From an uncultured Candidatus Entotheonella sp. (lineage in GTDB: Bacteria; Tectomicrobia; Entotheonellia; Entotheonellales; Entotheonellaceae), in assembly GCA_965217185.1 (NCBI GenBank), contig OZ244252.1, forward strand, positions 3,776,001 through 3,840,000: a stretch of DNA of 64,000 nt, in the 5' to 3' direction. Below, piece after piece: positions 18,381 to 28,643 of this stretch (positions are counted from its first letter, which is position 1; every line of letters begins with the position of its first letter). The translations under genes were made by a program, and so were the position numbers. The notes beneath the pieces are model-generated. The model did no database searches and was not told the DNA's origin. It worked only from the letters and a program-made list of their open reading frames with translations.

Positions 18381-20030
18381 CTACTTGTACATGGTCTGGT
18401 TCATCGTGCCGCTGCTGTAGATGTCCGGGTCAAGGATGACGTTGACGCACGACGGCTTGCCCGAGGCGCGCGCCCGCTCCATGGCCGGACGGATGTCGCC
18501 GGGTTCGGTGACGCACTCGCCGTAGCCGCCCATGGCCTCGACGATCACGTCGTAGCGCGTGGCGGACAGCTTATTGGCCACGTTGCCCTTTTGCTCGCCG
18601 TACTTGGCGAGCTGCCCGTAGCGGATCTGGTTCCAGCCGGCGTTGTTGCCCACGACGCTGACGAACGGCAGGTCAAAGCGCACTGCGGTGTCGATGTCGA
18701 AGCCGGTGAGCCCAAAGGCGCCGTCGCCGAACAGCACGAAGATGTCCTTTTCCGGCATGGCGGCCTTGGCGGCGATGGCGAACGGCGTGCCGACGCCCAA
18801 AGTGCCGAGCGGGCCGGGATCAAGCCAGTGCCCCGGCTTGTGGGTGCGGATCACCGACGCCGACATGGTGACGATGTCGCCGCCGTCGCCGATGAACACG
18901 GTGTCCTCGGTAAGAAAGTCGTTGATCTCCTTGCACAGCCGCAGCGGGTGGATGGGCACCTGATCGGAATTAAGCCCGAGGGCCGCCTGGCTGGCGCGCT
19001 TCTCCTCATCCTCGCGCAGGGTGCGCAGCCAGTTGTCCGAGTTGCTGTGGCCCGGCGCGATGGCGTCGGTCAGTTGTGCTATCACCGCCGCGGCGTCGCC
19101 GCAGATGCCCAGCGACACGTCGCGGTTATGGCCCAGCTCGCCGTAGTCCAGATCGACCTGGATGACCTTGGCATCCGGGTTGAGGCGCTGGCCGTAACCA
19201 AGGCGGAAATCGAAGGGCGTGCCGATAATCATGATGACGTCGGCTTCCTTGAGCGCCCGCCGGCGCGAGGTGACGAAGAGGTTGGGGTGGGTCGGCGGTA
19301 GGGCGCCGCGCGCCGCGCCGTTGACGTAGATCGGCAGCCGCGCCTGCTCGGCGAGTTTCGCCAGCGCCTCGGCGCCGCGGCAGAACTGCACCTGGCTGCC
19401 GGCTAGCACCGCCGGGCGCTCGGCTTTGCGAAACCAGTCGGCGGCCATGGCGATGGCGTTGGGGTCGCCGTGCACCTTGTAGGTGGAACGGTAGTTGCTG
19501 GGCATGCGCACGCGGTCGGCGTCGACCTTGGCGTCCAGCACGTCGCGCGGCATTTCGAGGAAAACCGGCCCCGGGCGGCCGTTGAAGGCTTCGCGGAAGG
19601 CCATGCTCATCAGTTCGGGGATGCGATCGGTGTGCGGCACCGTGGAGGCGAACTTGGTGATGGGCTTCATGATGGACACGTGATCGAGCTCCTGCAGCGA
19701 GCCCATGTGCATCTGCGTGAAGGCGCCCTGGCCGCCGATGACCAGCATCGGCGTCTGGGCGCGAAAGGCGTTGGCCACGCCCGTCACCGTGTCCGTCGTT
19801 CCCGGCCCGGCGGTCACCACCGCCACGCCCGGCTTGCCGGTGACGCGCGTCCAGGCGTCGGCGGCGTGCGCCGCCGCCTGCTCGTGCCGCACGTCGATGA
19901 TGCGGATGCCTTCATCCAGGCAGCCGTCGTAGATGTCGATGATATGGCCGCCGCAGAGAGTGAAAATGGCCTCCACTCCCTCGGCCTTCAAGGCGCGGGC
20001 AACGAGATGCCCGCCGCTGATTTCGGTCAT
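18381..20030 (-). CDS. ThDP-dependent enzyme (acetolactate synthase / 2-hydroxyacyl-CoA lyase family)
   Basis: FTLCGGH, RHEQAAAHAADA, TAGPG, DPGPLGTLGVG, GDGAFG...GNN; SD aggag. Confidence 0.9.
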   Translation of the reverse strand: MTEISGGHLVARALKAEGVEAIFTLCGGHIIDIYDGCLDEGIRIIDVRHEQAAAHAADAWTRVTGKPGVAVVTAGPGTTDTVTGVANAFRAQTPMLVIGGQGAFTQMHMGSLQELDHVSIMKPITKFASTVPHTDRIPELMSMAFREAFNGRPGPVFLEMPRDVLDAKVDADRVRMPSNYRSTYKVHGDPNAIAMAADWFRKAERPAVLAGSQVQFCRGAEALAKLAEQARLPIYVNGAARGALPPTHPNLFVTSRRRALKEADVIMIIGTPFDFRLGYGQRLNPDAKVIQVDLDYGELGHNRDVSLGICGDAAAVIAQLTDAIAPGHSNSDNWLRTLREDEEKRASQAALGLNSDQVPIHPLRLCKEINDFLTEDTVFIGDGGDIVTMSASVIRTHKPGHWLDPGPLGTLGVGTPFAIAAKAAMPEKDIFVLFGDGAFGLTGFDIDTAVRFDLPFVSVVGNNAGWNQIRYGQLAKYGEQKGNVANKLSATRYDVIVEAMGGYGECVTEPGDIRPAMERARASGKPSCVNVILDPDIYSSGTMNQTMYK

Positions 20031-20095
20031 GGTGTTACTCCTGTTGGTAAAGAATTGACGTGGGATGTGTTTGTTTCCCTTCTTAACCGCCACGC

Positions 20096-20500
20096 CTACT
20101 TGAAAATCAACTCTCTGAACAGGATCAGCACGGCCGTGCTGATAAAGCCAAAGACGATCAAACCATAGAGACGAAACAACCAGTTGCGCATCTGGCGCAG
20201 GTCTTCACGCATGTCCAACCTGAGGTCATTGACGACCTCTTTCATGTCGTCGAAGCGCTTGTTTACGCCGTTGAAGCGTTGGTTCATGTCATCGAAACGC
20301 TGGTCGAAGCGCAGGTTCATGTCGTCAAAGCGTTGGTTGACGTGGGCAAAGTTCTTCTCCGCGTGCGCCGCATCCAGATCCATACGTTTCTCAAGGCTGA
20401 GAAAACGCTGGTTCATGGTGTCTTCCAGATGACCAAAACGTTCGTCAACGCGTAGTACGTACTCGTCGAAATGTTCCTTGCGGACAAACTCGTCAGCCAT
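20096..20500 (-). CDS. Coiled-coil repeat protein with C-terminal TM
   Basis: Repeated NQRFDDM-type heptads, hydrophobic C-terminus. Confidence 0.75.
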   Translation of the reverse strand: MADEFVRKEHFDEYVLRVDERFGHLEDTMNQRFLSLEKRMDLDAAHAEKNFAHVNQRFDDMNLRFDQRFDDMNQRFNGVNKRFDDMKEVVNDLRLDMREDLRQMRNWLFRLYGLIVFGFISTAVLILFRELIFK

Positions 20501-20568
20501 GTCACTATCCCCCTGGAGTCGGGAGGAACGGGTCGGGAACCGATCCCTTGCGACTGCGAAAAGAAGGC

Positions 20569-21822
20569 TCAGACAACATGTGCGAACCGGCGGGCGAAGT
20601 CCTGCGGGGACGTGGCCGCGGCGGCGGCCAGCTTGTCGAGTACGTCCGGCTGTTGCAGGTCGGCCTTGTCCAGCCGCGTCATGTAGTGGCGCGCCACCTG
20701 GTAGCTTTCGCTGCTGATGTCCACCAAGCGGACGCGGGTGCGCCCGGTGGCGGGGTCGCGCATGTCGTCGAAGGGCAGCAGATCGATGCGGCCGTCCCGC
20801 AGGCAGACCATGCCGGCGTTGGCGTCCGACAGCAAAAACTTGACGGCGCCGTAGCCCAGGGTGCGGGTGTAGTCGATGTCGAACGGAACCGGGGCGGCGG
20901 AGCGCAGCTCGTAACCGATCGTGCGGTCGACGATGGCCAGCTTTTCACCGCGCTCGGCGAAGCGGCGCAGGATCTCGCGTTTTATCACCTTTTCGAGCGG
21001 AATTTCTTCGAGCCGCAAATGGCCGTGCTGATCGTGGGCGATCTCCACACCCGGTAGTTGCGCCAGGGTTTCGGCGGGAATCTTCTCGGCGATGCCCTCG
21101 GCCAGCACTGCCAGGCCGTATTCCTGACCGTTGATCCGCTGCTTCAGCATGGCGCCTTCGACGATGTCGCATACCACGTCGATGTCGATGCTCTCCGACG
21201 CGAATTCCTCGGCGATAATCGTCAGCGTCGCGCCCGCCGCCCGGCCAATGCCCAGCGCCAGATGACCGGCGTTGCGGCCCATGGCGCTGACGATGTACCA
21301 GCGGTTGGTCGTGCGGGCGTCTTCGAGAAGGTTCAGGGCCAGCCGGGTACCGAGGTCGCGCGCGGTTTCGTATCCGAAGGTGGGCGCACCGTCCGGCAGC
21401 GGCAGGTCGTTGTCGATGGTCTTGGGGATGTGCACCGAGCGGAGCGCGCCGCCGCCCGCCCGAGCGACCTCCAGGGCGCTGAACGCCGTGTCGTCGCCGC
21501 CGATGGTCACCAGGCGGGTGATGCCGAGTTCCTTCAGGGTGGCCACCGTGCGCTGCAGGTCGGCTTCCTTGCGGGTCGGGTTGGCTCGTGAGGTGCGTAG
21601 AATAGCGCCGCCCTGCACGTGGATGCGCGACACGTCGGCGATGCGCAGCGGCGTCACCCTGTCCGCGCGGCCCTGCATGAGGTGCGAGAAGCCGTCGTAG
21701 ATGCCGATGACTTCGAGGCCGGCGTTGATCGCCGCGATGGCCGCGGCGCTGATGGCGCTGTTGATGCCCGGCGCCGGACCGCCCCCCACCAGGATGCCCA
21801 ACCGCCCCTGTCCTGCGTCCAT
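20569..21822 (-). CDS. pfp: Pyrophosphate-dependent phosphofructokinase
   Basis: GGGPAPG, TIGGDDT, PKTIDND, MGR, GYELR. Confidence 0.85.
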   Translation of the reverse strand: MDAGQGRLGILVGGGPAPGINSAISAAAIAAINAGLEVIGIYDGFSHLMQGRADRVTPLRIADVSRIHVQGGAILRTSRANPTRKEADLQRTVATLKELGITRLVTIGGDDTAFSALEVARAGGGALRSVHIPKTIDNDLPLPDGAPTFGYETARDLGTRLALNLLEDARTTNRWYIVSAMGRNAGHLALGIGRAAGATLTIIAEEFASESIDIDVVCDIVEGAMLKQRINGQEYGLAVLAEGIAEKIPAETLAQLPGVEIAHDQHGHLRLEEIPLEKVIKREILRRFAERGEKLAIVDRTIGYELRSAAPVPFDIDYTRTLGYGAVKFLLSDANAGMVCLRDGRIDLLPFDDMRDPATGRTRVRLVDISSESYQVARHYMTRLDKADLQQPDVLDKLAAAAATSPQDFARRFAHVV

Positions 21823-21967
21823 GTCTGCTCTCCTCCGAGCTCTGCGAATCGTCCGATGCGGCGCTTCTGGCAAACCCGGCAATTCTCTTGAAGGGTATGC
21901 GGAAAGTCAAGTAAGGTAGGGCGCGTCAATCAGTGCGCAGAGGGTAACGTCAACAGGAGGAACGGTC

Positions 21968-22735
21968 ATGCGATTGTCGGGGAAAGTAGCCGTGGTGACA
22001 GGTAGCAGCCAGGGCATCGGGCGGGGCATCGTGGAGCGTTTTGCCCGCGAGGGGGCGGACGTGGTCATCAATTACAACCGCAGCCCGGGCGGCGCGCATG
22101 AAGTTCTCGCCGGGGTGGAGGCAGCCGGCCGGCGGGGCCTCGTCGTGCAGGCCGACGTGTCAAGCACCGCTGGGGTGCGGCACCTCATCGACGCGGCCGT
22201 TGATCACTTCGGCGAACTCGACATTCTGGTGAACAACGCTGGGGTCGAGGCTCACGCGCCGTTCTGGGAGGTCACCGAGGAGGAATACGACCGCGTTCTG
22301 AACGTCAATCTCAAGGGCGTTTTCTTCGCCACCCAGGCGATGGTGAACCACGCCCGCCAGACCAACCGGCCGGCCCGGATCATCAATATCAGTTCCGTCC
22401 ACGAGGAGTTGCCCTTTCCCAACTTTGCCGCCTACTGCGTCAGTAAGGGCGGGGTGAAAATGTTGACCCGCAACCTGGCGGTCGAGCTCGGCCAATTCGG
22501 CATCACCGTCAACGCCATCGCCCCCGGCGCCATCGAAACGCCCATCAACACCAAGCTGCTGAACGATCCTGCCAAGCTCAACGCCCTGCTGGGGCAAATC
22601 CCCCTCAACCGCCTCGGCCAGCCGGAGGACGTGGCCGGTGTCGCCGTCTTCCTGGCCTCCGACGATGCTGCGTACGTTACGGGCTCAACGTATTACGTGG
22701 ACGGCGGCCTGACGTGGCATTACGAGGAGCAGTAG
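21968..22735 (+). CDS. SDR oxidoreductase (glucose 1-dehydrogenase-like)
   Basis: TGSSQGIG, NNAG, YCVSK, SSVHE. Confidence 0.9.
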   Translation: MRLSGKVAVVTGSSQGIGRGIVERFAREGADVVINYNRSPGGAHEVLAGVEAAGRRGLVVQADVSSTAGVRHLIDAAVDHFGELDILVNNAGVEAHAPFWEVTEEEYDRVLNVNLKGVFFATQAMVNHARQTNRPARIINISSVHEELPFPNFAAYCVSKGGVKMLTRNLAVELGQFGITVNAIAPGAIETPINTKLLNDPAKLNALLGQIPLNRLGQPEDVAGVAVFLASDDAAYVTGSTYYVDGGLTWHYEEQ

Positions 22736-22748
22736 GGGTCGTGTAGGT

Positions 22749-22780
22749 GTAGGTCGGATTGGCGCAGCGTAATCCGACAT
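22749..22780 (+). repeat. GTAG-type REP palindrome
   Basis: gtag-gtcggattggcgcagcgtaatccgac; one mismatch to the inverted copy at 41865-41895. Confidence 0.8.
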
Positions 22781-22788
22781 TTCACTTC

Positions 22789-23166
22789 TCAGCACTCCAG
22801 CACCACTTGGGCGATGGCGTGCCCGGCGCTGTGGGACAGCGAAAGGTGCATGTGTCGGATGCCGGCGTCGGCGCAGCGTTCTCGCAGGTAACCGTACAGG
22901 TGCAAAAAGGGTTTGCCGAGGGGGTCGCGGCGGACTTCGATGTCGCGCCAGCGCATGTGCTTGCGGAGGCCGGTACCGAGGGCTTTGAGGAAGGCTTCCT
23001 TGCAGGCGAAGCGGGCGGCGAAGCAGGGGTAGGGTAGGCGCTTGGCGCTGCAGTAGGCGCGTTCGTCAGCGGTGTAGAGGCGTTCGACGAGGCGCGGGCC
23101 GCTGCGGACGATGGCGCGTTCCATGCGGTCGCTCTCGACCAGGTCGACGCCGATGCCGTAGATCAT
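22789..23166 (-). CDS. acpS: Holo-ACP synthase
   Basis: GIGVDLVE, ARFACKEAFLKALGTG, LSLSH. Confidence 0.95.
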   Translation of the reverse strand: MIYGIGVDLVESDRMERAIVRSGPRLVERLYTADERAYCSAKRLPYPCFAARFACKEAFLKALGTGLRKHMRWRDIEVRRDPLGKPFLHLYGYLRERCADAGIRHMHLSLSHSAGHAIAQVVLEC

Positions 23167-23175
23167 GGCGGCGTC

Positions 23176-24012
23176 TCAGCCCCGCAGGACAAAACGTTCG
23201 AGGGCTTGCGCGACGCCGTCGTCGTCGTTGCTGCCGGTGACGTACCCGGCGGCATCGCGGACGGCGTCGACGGCGTTGCCCATGGCAATCCCGAGGCCGG
23301 CGCCGCGGATCATTTCCAGGTCGTTGTAGTCGTCGCCAATGGCCATCACGTCTTCCGCGGTCAGTCCCTCAGCCGCCATCAGGCGCTCCAGCGCCTGCCA
23401 TTTGGAAACCGTGGCCGGCAGGACCTCCAGGATGTGCCCTTGATAATTCTTGTTCAGGATCATCTTGGTATGCCCCTGGCCGGCAAGCGCGTCTTCCACC
23501 GCCGGACGCAAGGCTTGCAGGCGGTCGGCTTCGGCCATGATGCTGAGCATGACCACCCCGCTTAGGCAGGCGGCGCTAAGGTCATCCACGAAGCGGCAGT
23601 AGGGGAGGCTGTCCTGCAGGTACTCGCGCTGAAAGGGGTGCAGGTGCTCCATGGGCTCGGTGAGGATGTCGACCTGTTCGTGGAAGGCGTCGATGTAAAT
23701 CAATGGCGGCGCCAGTTGCCGCAGAACCGCTAAGCCGCGCCGGCAGAGCGTTTCCGGCAGGGGATGGCAGTGCAGCGTCTCGGCGGAAGCGACGTCCTTT
23801 ACGAGGGCGCCGTTGTGCACCACGATGGGGCCGTCGAGTTGCAGTTTCTGCGCCCATGGGCGCGCCGAGCGGAAACGCCGGCCGGTGCACAGGATGACCC
23901 GCAGTCCGGCCTGCTGTGCGGCCATGACCGCCTGCCGCACGATGTCCCGCAGTTCACCGTCGGGGTCGAGCAGGGTGCCGTCAACGTCCAGGGCGAGTAA
24001 GCGATAGGGCAT
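23176..24012 (-). CDS. Cof-type HAD hydrolase
   Basis: DVDGTLL, CTGR, SK, GDDYND, AMGNA. Confidence 0.92.
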   Translation of the reverse strand: MPYRLLALDVDGTLLDPDGELRDIVRQAVMAAQQAGLRVILCTGRRFRSARPWAQKLQLDGPIVVHNGALVKDVASAETLHCHPLPETLCRRGLAVLRQLAPPLIYIDAFHEQVDILTEPMEHLHPFQREYLQDSLPYCRFVDDLSAACLSGVVMLSIMAEADRLQALRPAVEDALAGQGHTKMILNKNYQGHILEVLPATVSKWQALERLMAAEGLTAEDVMAIGDDYNDLEMIRGAGLGIAMGNAVDAVRDAAGYVTGSNDDDGVAQALERFVLRG

Positions 24013-24023
24013 GGTGGGTGGGC

Positions 24024-25358
24024 CTACAGGGCGAAGGTTTCGGCGCAGGCATGCATGAACCGTTCGGCCGCCTCGCCGACCCGGTGCTCGACGCCAAACG
24101 AGACACGCACGAAGGGGCGTTTGGCGGCGGCGAATCCGGGGGCATAGACGACCGGCCCGGGCGTGCTGACGCGCGGCGTGCCGTTGTTCATCGTCAACTC
24201 GCCGTGCGGCAGGTCGGTCGGCGGGTACATGCGGGTACCGGCCACCAGGACGACGCCATACGCTTCATAGCAGCGTGCCACAAACTCATCCGCGCTCAGC
24301 CCGGTGCGCTCCAGCAGCCGCTCCACGTACAGCGGCAGGTAGAAAGCATTCGCGCTGCGGCTCAGCGGCGGCACCTCGATACCGTACTCCTCGATGCCCT
24401 CCACGGCGGCGCGAAACACCTCGTGGCGCCGCCGGATTTCCGACGCCGTGGTCTCGGCCAGCGCCATGTGGTGCTCCAGCAGGTGCGCCGCGAAGAGCAG
24501 CTTGACGTTGCTGGTGGAGATCGATTCGGCGGCCTTGAGCATGCGCAGCGCCTCGATCAGCTCGGTATTGGCGCACAGCGCAAAGCCCAACCGGTAGCCC
24601 GGCAGCCCGAACTTCTTGGAAAAGCTGTCGATGTAGATGGTGCGGTCGGGGTCGAGGCCGCCGAGGGCCCGGATGGCCTGCGGCTCGAGGGCGTGCAGGG
24701 CGTACACCATGTCGACGGCCAGCACGCAGTCGTACGGCGCCACCGCGCGGTTGATGCGCGCCACCTGCTCGGCGCTCAGCACGTAGCCGGTGGGATTGTG
24801 CGGCGCGTTGATCAGGACCACCCCCACCTGTGGGTTTACCAGCGCCTCGATGCCCGACACCAACTCTTCCGCCGAGTAAGCGGTGTACGCCAGGACGCCG
24901 GCATGCGCCGTGACGATGGTGGGGAAATACGGGTAGCAGGGCGTCGGCACCAGCACGTATTGGCGCTCGTCCCTGGCCGACCCCAGCGGCGCCACGCAGG
25001 CCCGCACGATGCCGCTGATGGCGTTGTGACCGCCGTCGTACGGCACCACGTGCCGCTCGTCCAATTCAGGGCGCCCGAGCAGTCCGCCGACGTGCTCGGC
25101 CATGGCCTGATTGGCATCCAGCTCGCCCCGCGTTCCGGAGTACATGGTGGCGCGCGATACCAGCCGCGGGTCGCCGTAAAATCCATGTATGATGCCCTGC
25201 CAGGTTTCATCGTCGGTGATCTGCGCGATTTCGCCAATGCCGAGGTGGAAGCTTTCGGGGTCGAACGAGAAGGCGCGGTAATCGCCGAAGAAGCGGCGGA
25301 GATTCAGCGTTTCGAGGTTTTCGCGGGCAAAGTTGGTGAGGAACGATCGCTGGCTCAT
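24024..25358 (-). CDS. PLP-dependent aminotransferase class I/II
   Basis: NAPHNPTG, DMVY, SFSKKFGLPGYRLG. Confidence 0.85.
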   Translation of the reverse strand: MSQRSFLTNFARENLETLNLRRFFGDYRAFSFDPESFHLGIGEIAQITDDETWQGIIHGFYGDPRLVSRATMYSGTRGELDANQAMAEHVGGLLGRPELDERHVVPYDGGHNAISGIVRACVAPLGSARDERQYVLVPTPCYPYFPTIVTAHAGVLAYTAYSAEELVSGIEALVNPQVGVVLINAPHNPTGYVLSAEQVARINRAVAPYDCVLAVDMVYALHALEPQAIRALGGLDPDRTIYIDSFSKKFGLPGYRLGFALCANTELIEALRMLKAAESISTSNVKLLFAAHLLEHHMALAETTASEIRRRHEVFRAAVEGIEEYGIEVPPLSRSANAFYLPLYVERLLERTGLSADEFVARCYEAYGVVLVAGTRMYPPTDLPHGELTMNNGTPRVSTPGPVVYAPGFAAAKRPFVRVSFGVEHRVGEAAERFMHACAETFAL

Positions 25359-25511
25359 GCATCTCCCTGAGGATGGCCTCGTTGGTCCGTAATCAGCCTG
25401 TAGCTCGCAGGCTCTGACATCGCATTTCCCATCGTTGAGCGCGGTTATTGTAGTCAGACAGGCTGCCCGCGTGTCAACACCCTCAGGCTAGCAAGCTTTG
25501 AAGAGGACCCA

Positions 25512-26741
25512 ATGACGGCCTATGCCTGGTTCATCATGGGGCAGTCGTTCGTGACCACTGCCCTGGTGTTCGGCGTGTGGTTTTCGTACGCCGTGTTTTT
25601 CGTGGCCATGCTGGAGTCGTTCGACTGGAGCCGCGGCGGGGCGGCGATGGCCTTCTCGGTGGGCAGCGTCGTGCAGGCCGCGTCGTCGCCGCTTGTCGGC
25701 ATGCTGACGGACCGCTGGGGGCCGCGCGTCGTGGTGGTCGGCGGCCTGGGCGCCATGGCGGTGGGCCTGGCGGCGTGCAGCTTGGTGCAGACATTGTGGC
25801 ACTTGGTCGTGCTGTTCGGTGTCATCGTCGGCTTTGGGGTCGGGCTGGCAGGGCAGGTGTCGCACGCCGCGTTGCTGTCGCGCTGGTTCGTCAAGCGCCG
25901 CGGCACGATGATCGGCTTCGCGTTCGCCGGCATGGGGCTGGGCGTCAAGGTCATGGGGCCGCTCTCGCAGGCGCTCATGTCGCGCTTCGGCTGGCGGTAT
26001 GCGTTTGTGGTCTTGGGCGGCATCACCGCGCTGTACGCCTTTACGGTTTTACTCACCTTGCGCAACCGGCCCGAGGACGTTGGCCTGCAGCCCTACGGCG
26101 CTGAGGAGTCAACCGATCAGCCCGCAGCCACGCCGTCCGGGGAAGCGAGCTGGACCGTCCGGCAGGCCCTGCGCACGCGGCAGTTCTGGGCCCTGGGGCT
26201 GGCGCAGGTGTTCATTCCGCTGGGCATCTTTCCGGTGTCCGTGCATCAGGTTGCCTACCTGACGGACCTGGGCTTCAGCCACGTTCTGGCGGCGGGCGTT
26301 CTCGGCTACATGGGGGTGATGAGCTCGTGCGGCCGGCTGCTCTTCGGGGCGCTCTCCGATCGGCTCGGACGCTTCGGCGGCGTGACCCTGAGCGTGATTT
26401 TTTCGCAACTCGGCATCCTGGCGCTTCTCATGCTCGATGGTGTCAGCGTCATGTGGCCGCTGTATCTGTATGCGGTGTGTTTCGGCCTGGGATACGGCGC
26501 CCGCGGCCCCATCATCTCGGCCATCGCGGCAGACCGCTTTCCGGGCCGTTCGTTCGCTACGATCTTCGGGTTCATCAGTATCGGCCACGGCTTGGGCGGC
26601 GCACTCGGTCCCTGGTACGGTGGCGCCATGTACGACCGCCTGGGATCCTACACCCTCGCGTTCGCGCTGGCGTGCGTATCGCTGTGCGGGGTGATCGGCT
26701 GCTTTTGGGTGGCAACGCGGCGGGCGGAGGGGCGTTGGTGA
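25512..26741 (+). CDS. MFS transporter (OFA/MCT-like)
   Basis: About 12 TM; GMLTDRWGPR, GALSDRLGR. Confidence 0.9.
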   Translation: MTAYAWFIMGQSFVTTALVFGVWFSYAVFFVAMLESFDWSRGGAAMAFSVGSVVQAASSPLVGMLTDRWGPRVVVVGGLGAMAVGLAACSLVQTLWHLVVLFGVIVGFGVGLAGQVSHAALLSRWFVKRRGTMIGFAFAGMGLGVKVMGPLSQALMSRFGWRYAFVVLGGITALYAFTVLLTLRNRPEDVGLQPYGAEESTDQPAATPSGEASWTVRQALRTRQFWALGLAQVFIPLGIFPVSVHQVAYLTDLGFSHVLAAGVLGYMGVMSSCGRLLFGALSDRLGRFGGVTLSVIFSQLGILALLMLDGVSVMWPLYLYAVCFGLGYGARGPIISAIAADRFPGRSFATIFGFISIGHGLGGALGPWYGGAMYDRLGSYTLAFALACVSLCGVIGCFWVATRRAEGRW

Positions 26742-26920
26742 TAGTGATTTTTCACGGCTGAAACAAAACAGCGTTATGTCGGTATTCGCCTTTAGCACGC
26801 AGACTGGGGTAGAGTAGGTCGGCGTCTCAAGGTTGTCCCGGTGCGGGGGAACCGGATAGCCAACCGGGGAAGCCGCTCGTACCTTACGACGACAAACCAT
26901 CAGAATCGGAGGACGGAAAG

Positions 26921-27283
26921 GTGGCGAGCTCCGCTCTCAATCTGACCATCAGCGTACTTGGCATTCGCGAAGAGGATTCCTGGTGCGCCATCGCCCTGGA
27001 AATGAGCCTGCGGGGTTATGGTGAAACATTCGATGACGCACTCAGCGAACTCATCGCTGCGATTGAGGCGCAACTGTCCTTCGCCGCCCAGCATGGGACG
27101 ATTGATCAGATATTCATTCCCGCCGAACCGGAGTATATCCGTTTGTATGCCGACCGAAAGCGTGACGCGGTGAAGCGGAAAGCGTGTGGGTTGGATCAAA
27201 CTGCCCTGCCCGACTACGTCGTCGGTGACATTGCCTTGCCGGAGCCTCTGGAAGGAGTGTTCACCGAAGTAGCGAAGACATAA
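26921..27283 (+). CDS. HicB-like protein
   Basis: WCAIALEM..GYGETFDDALSEL..AIEAQ; followed by a HicA-like relic. Confidence 0.6.
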   Translation: MASSALNLTISVLGIREEDSWCAIALEMSLRGYGETFDDALSELIAAIEAQLSFAAQHGTIDQIFIPAEPEYIRLYADRKRDAVKRKACGLDQTALPDYVVGDIALPEPLEGVFTEVAKT

Positions 27284-27296
27284 GATCGGTCATGCC

Positions 27297-27426
27297 ATGC
27301 GGAAACGAGACTATCGGTTCGTAGTCGCTCGGCTTCGCGCCTATGACGATCGCTTCGAAGTCCACGAACGACGCGGCAAAGGAACTCATCCGCATCTTCC
27401 AGCTACCTGCCGACATCTTCGATTGA
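27297..27426 (+). pseudogene. HicA-like toxin with internal deletion
   Basis: N-terminus ...ERRGKG is joined out of frame to a C-terminus-like ELIRIFQLPADIFD-stop. Confidence 0.55.
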
Positions 27427-27464
27427 TCACGGAGGTTTTCCGAAAGACCGCGGGGAAACGCGCT

Positions 27465-28535
27465 TTACGTCGCTTGCCGGGCCATCTCGTGCATGGCGTG
27501 GCGGGTGGGCGGCATGTAATTGGTGGCGAGGTCGGCGGGGGCGTTCAGGGTGCCGGCGAAGTTGGCGTAGACGTAGCGGCGTCCGTTGACGTGCACGTGC
27601 AGGGGGATGCCGTCGCCATGGTGCAGCTCGAGGTCGTGCGGCGCGGTGTGCAGGGCGCCCAAGAGACGGTGCAGGTGCTGGGCGAATAGCCGCAGGCGGT
27701 GGTCGGGAATCTCGTGCAGCGGCTGCCGGTCATCCAGCGCAATGACCTCGAAGTGCCGACCGAATTTGCCGAACGGCGACCAGTGCGAAACGATGCCGTC
27801 GTCCTCATGCAGGTGAAAGCCAAAGCATCGCATCAAGTCCACACTTTCCTGCCACACATCCGGATGGCGCGCCGTGACCACCATCTCCTGCTCCACGTCC
27901 GGGAAAATGCGGTCCGCGCCGATGGCCTGAATATGAATGTGCGGCTGCGAGGCGCCGGATTCCCGCCCCTGATGCTTGCGGACGAGCACCGACTTGACGG
28001 CCGGGTTGTCCATGGCGTGCCGCACCACGTCGGCAGTCGTGCGCAGCACGTGGTAGTACTGCGCCGCGGACAGCGCGCCGGACCACATGAGATCGGTCAG
28101 GTCGGCGGCACCGGGCAGAAAATGGCGGGCGTCCTCGATGATGACGTACGACTCGTTTCTGCCCCCTGTGCACGCCTCCGGGATGCGCGGCACGATGTTG
28201 CGCACCACGCGCATGGCCCAAGCCTCGGCCCGGCTGCCGTCGGGCGGGGTGACGCCGGGGTGCATGTCGCCGTAGGTGACGCGCAGGACCTCTTCCATCG
28301 TCATGGCCTCGTTGCCCGGACAGAATACGCAGGCGTCCCGCACGCGCTGCATGTCGGCGCGCACGTCGTAGGTCGATGGCGGTGATGGAGCGGTCGGGGC
28401 CGATTCCTGGGGGTTCGTCAGGTGGCGGTAGGCGTGGGGCTTGCGGTGGATGTTGTTGAAATAGGTGACGTTGCCGGTAAAGGGATTGCGAATCCACAGA
28501 ACGGCGCCGTCCTTCGTGCCGTATTCGATGCTCAT
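27465..28535 (-). CDS. GalT/HIT-family nucleotidyltransferase
   Basis: RNPFTG, CVFCPGNE, GASQPHIHIQ (HxHxQ); start uncertain. Confidence 0.75.
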   Translation of the reverse strand: MSIEYGTKDGAVLWIRNPFTGNVTYFNNIHRKPHAYRHLTNPQESAPTAPSPPSTYDVRADMQRVRDACVFCPGNEAMTMEEVLRVTYGDMHPGVTPPDGSRAEAWAMRVVRNIVPRIPEACTGGRNESYVIIEDARHFLPGAADLTDLMWSGALSAAQYYHVLRTTADVVRHAMDNPAVKSVLVRKHQGRESGASQPHIHIQAIGADRIFPDVEQEMVVTARHPDVWQESVDLMRCFGFHLHEDDGIVSHWSPFGKFGRHFEVIALDDRQPLHEIPDHRLRLFAQHLHRLLGALHTAPHDLELHHGDGIPLHVHVNGRRYVYANFAGTLNAPADLATNYMPPTRHAMHEMARQAT

Positions 28536-28643
28536 GCCGGTTGGTGCCCCTTGCATGCCGGATGTCAGATTGTTTGTAGCGGCGGGTACTCTACTGTAAC
28601 CGGGCATTGAATTCAACGCGGCGCGGTCGCCGCCTGTAACAAC

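Noticed and set aside
25447..25477. Minus-strand TTGACA/TACAAT promoter
   Set aside because: 19-bp spacer with no dyad to support a MerR-type promoter
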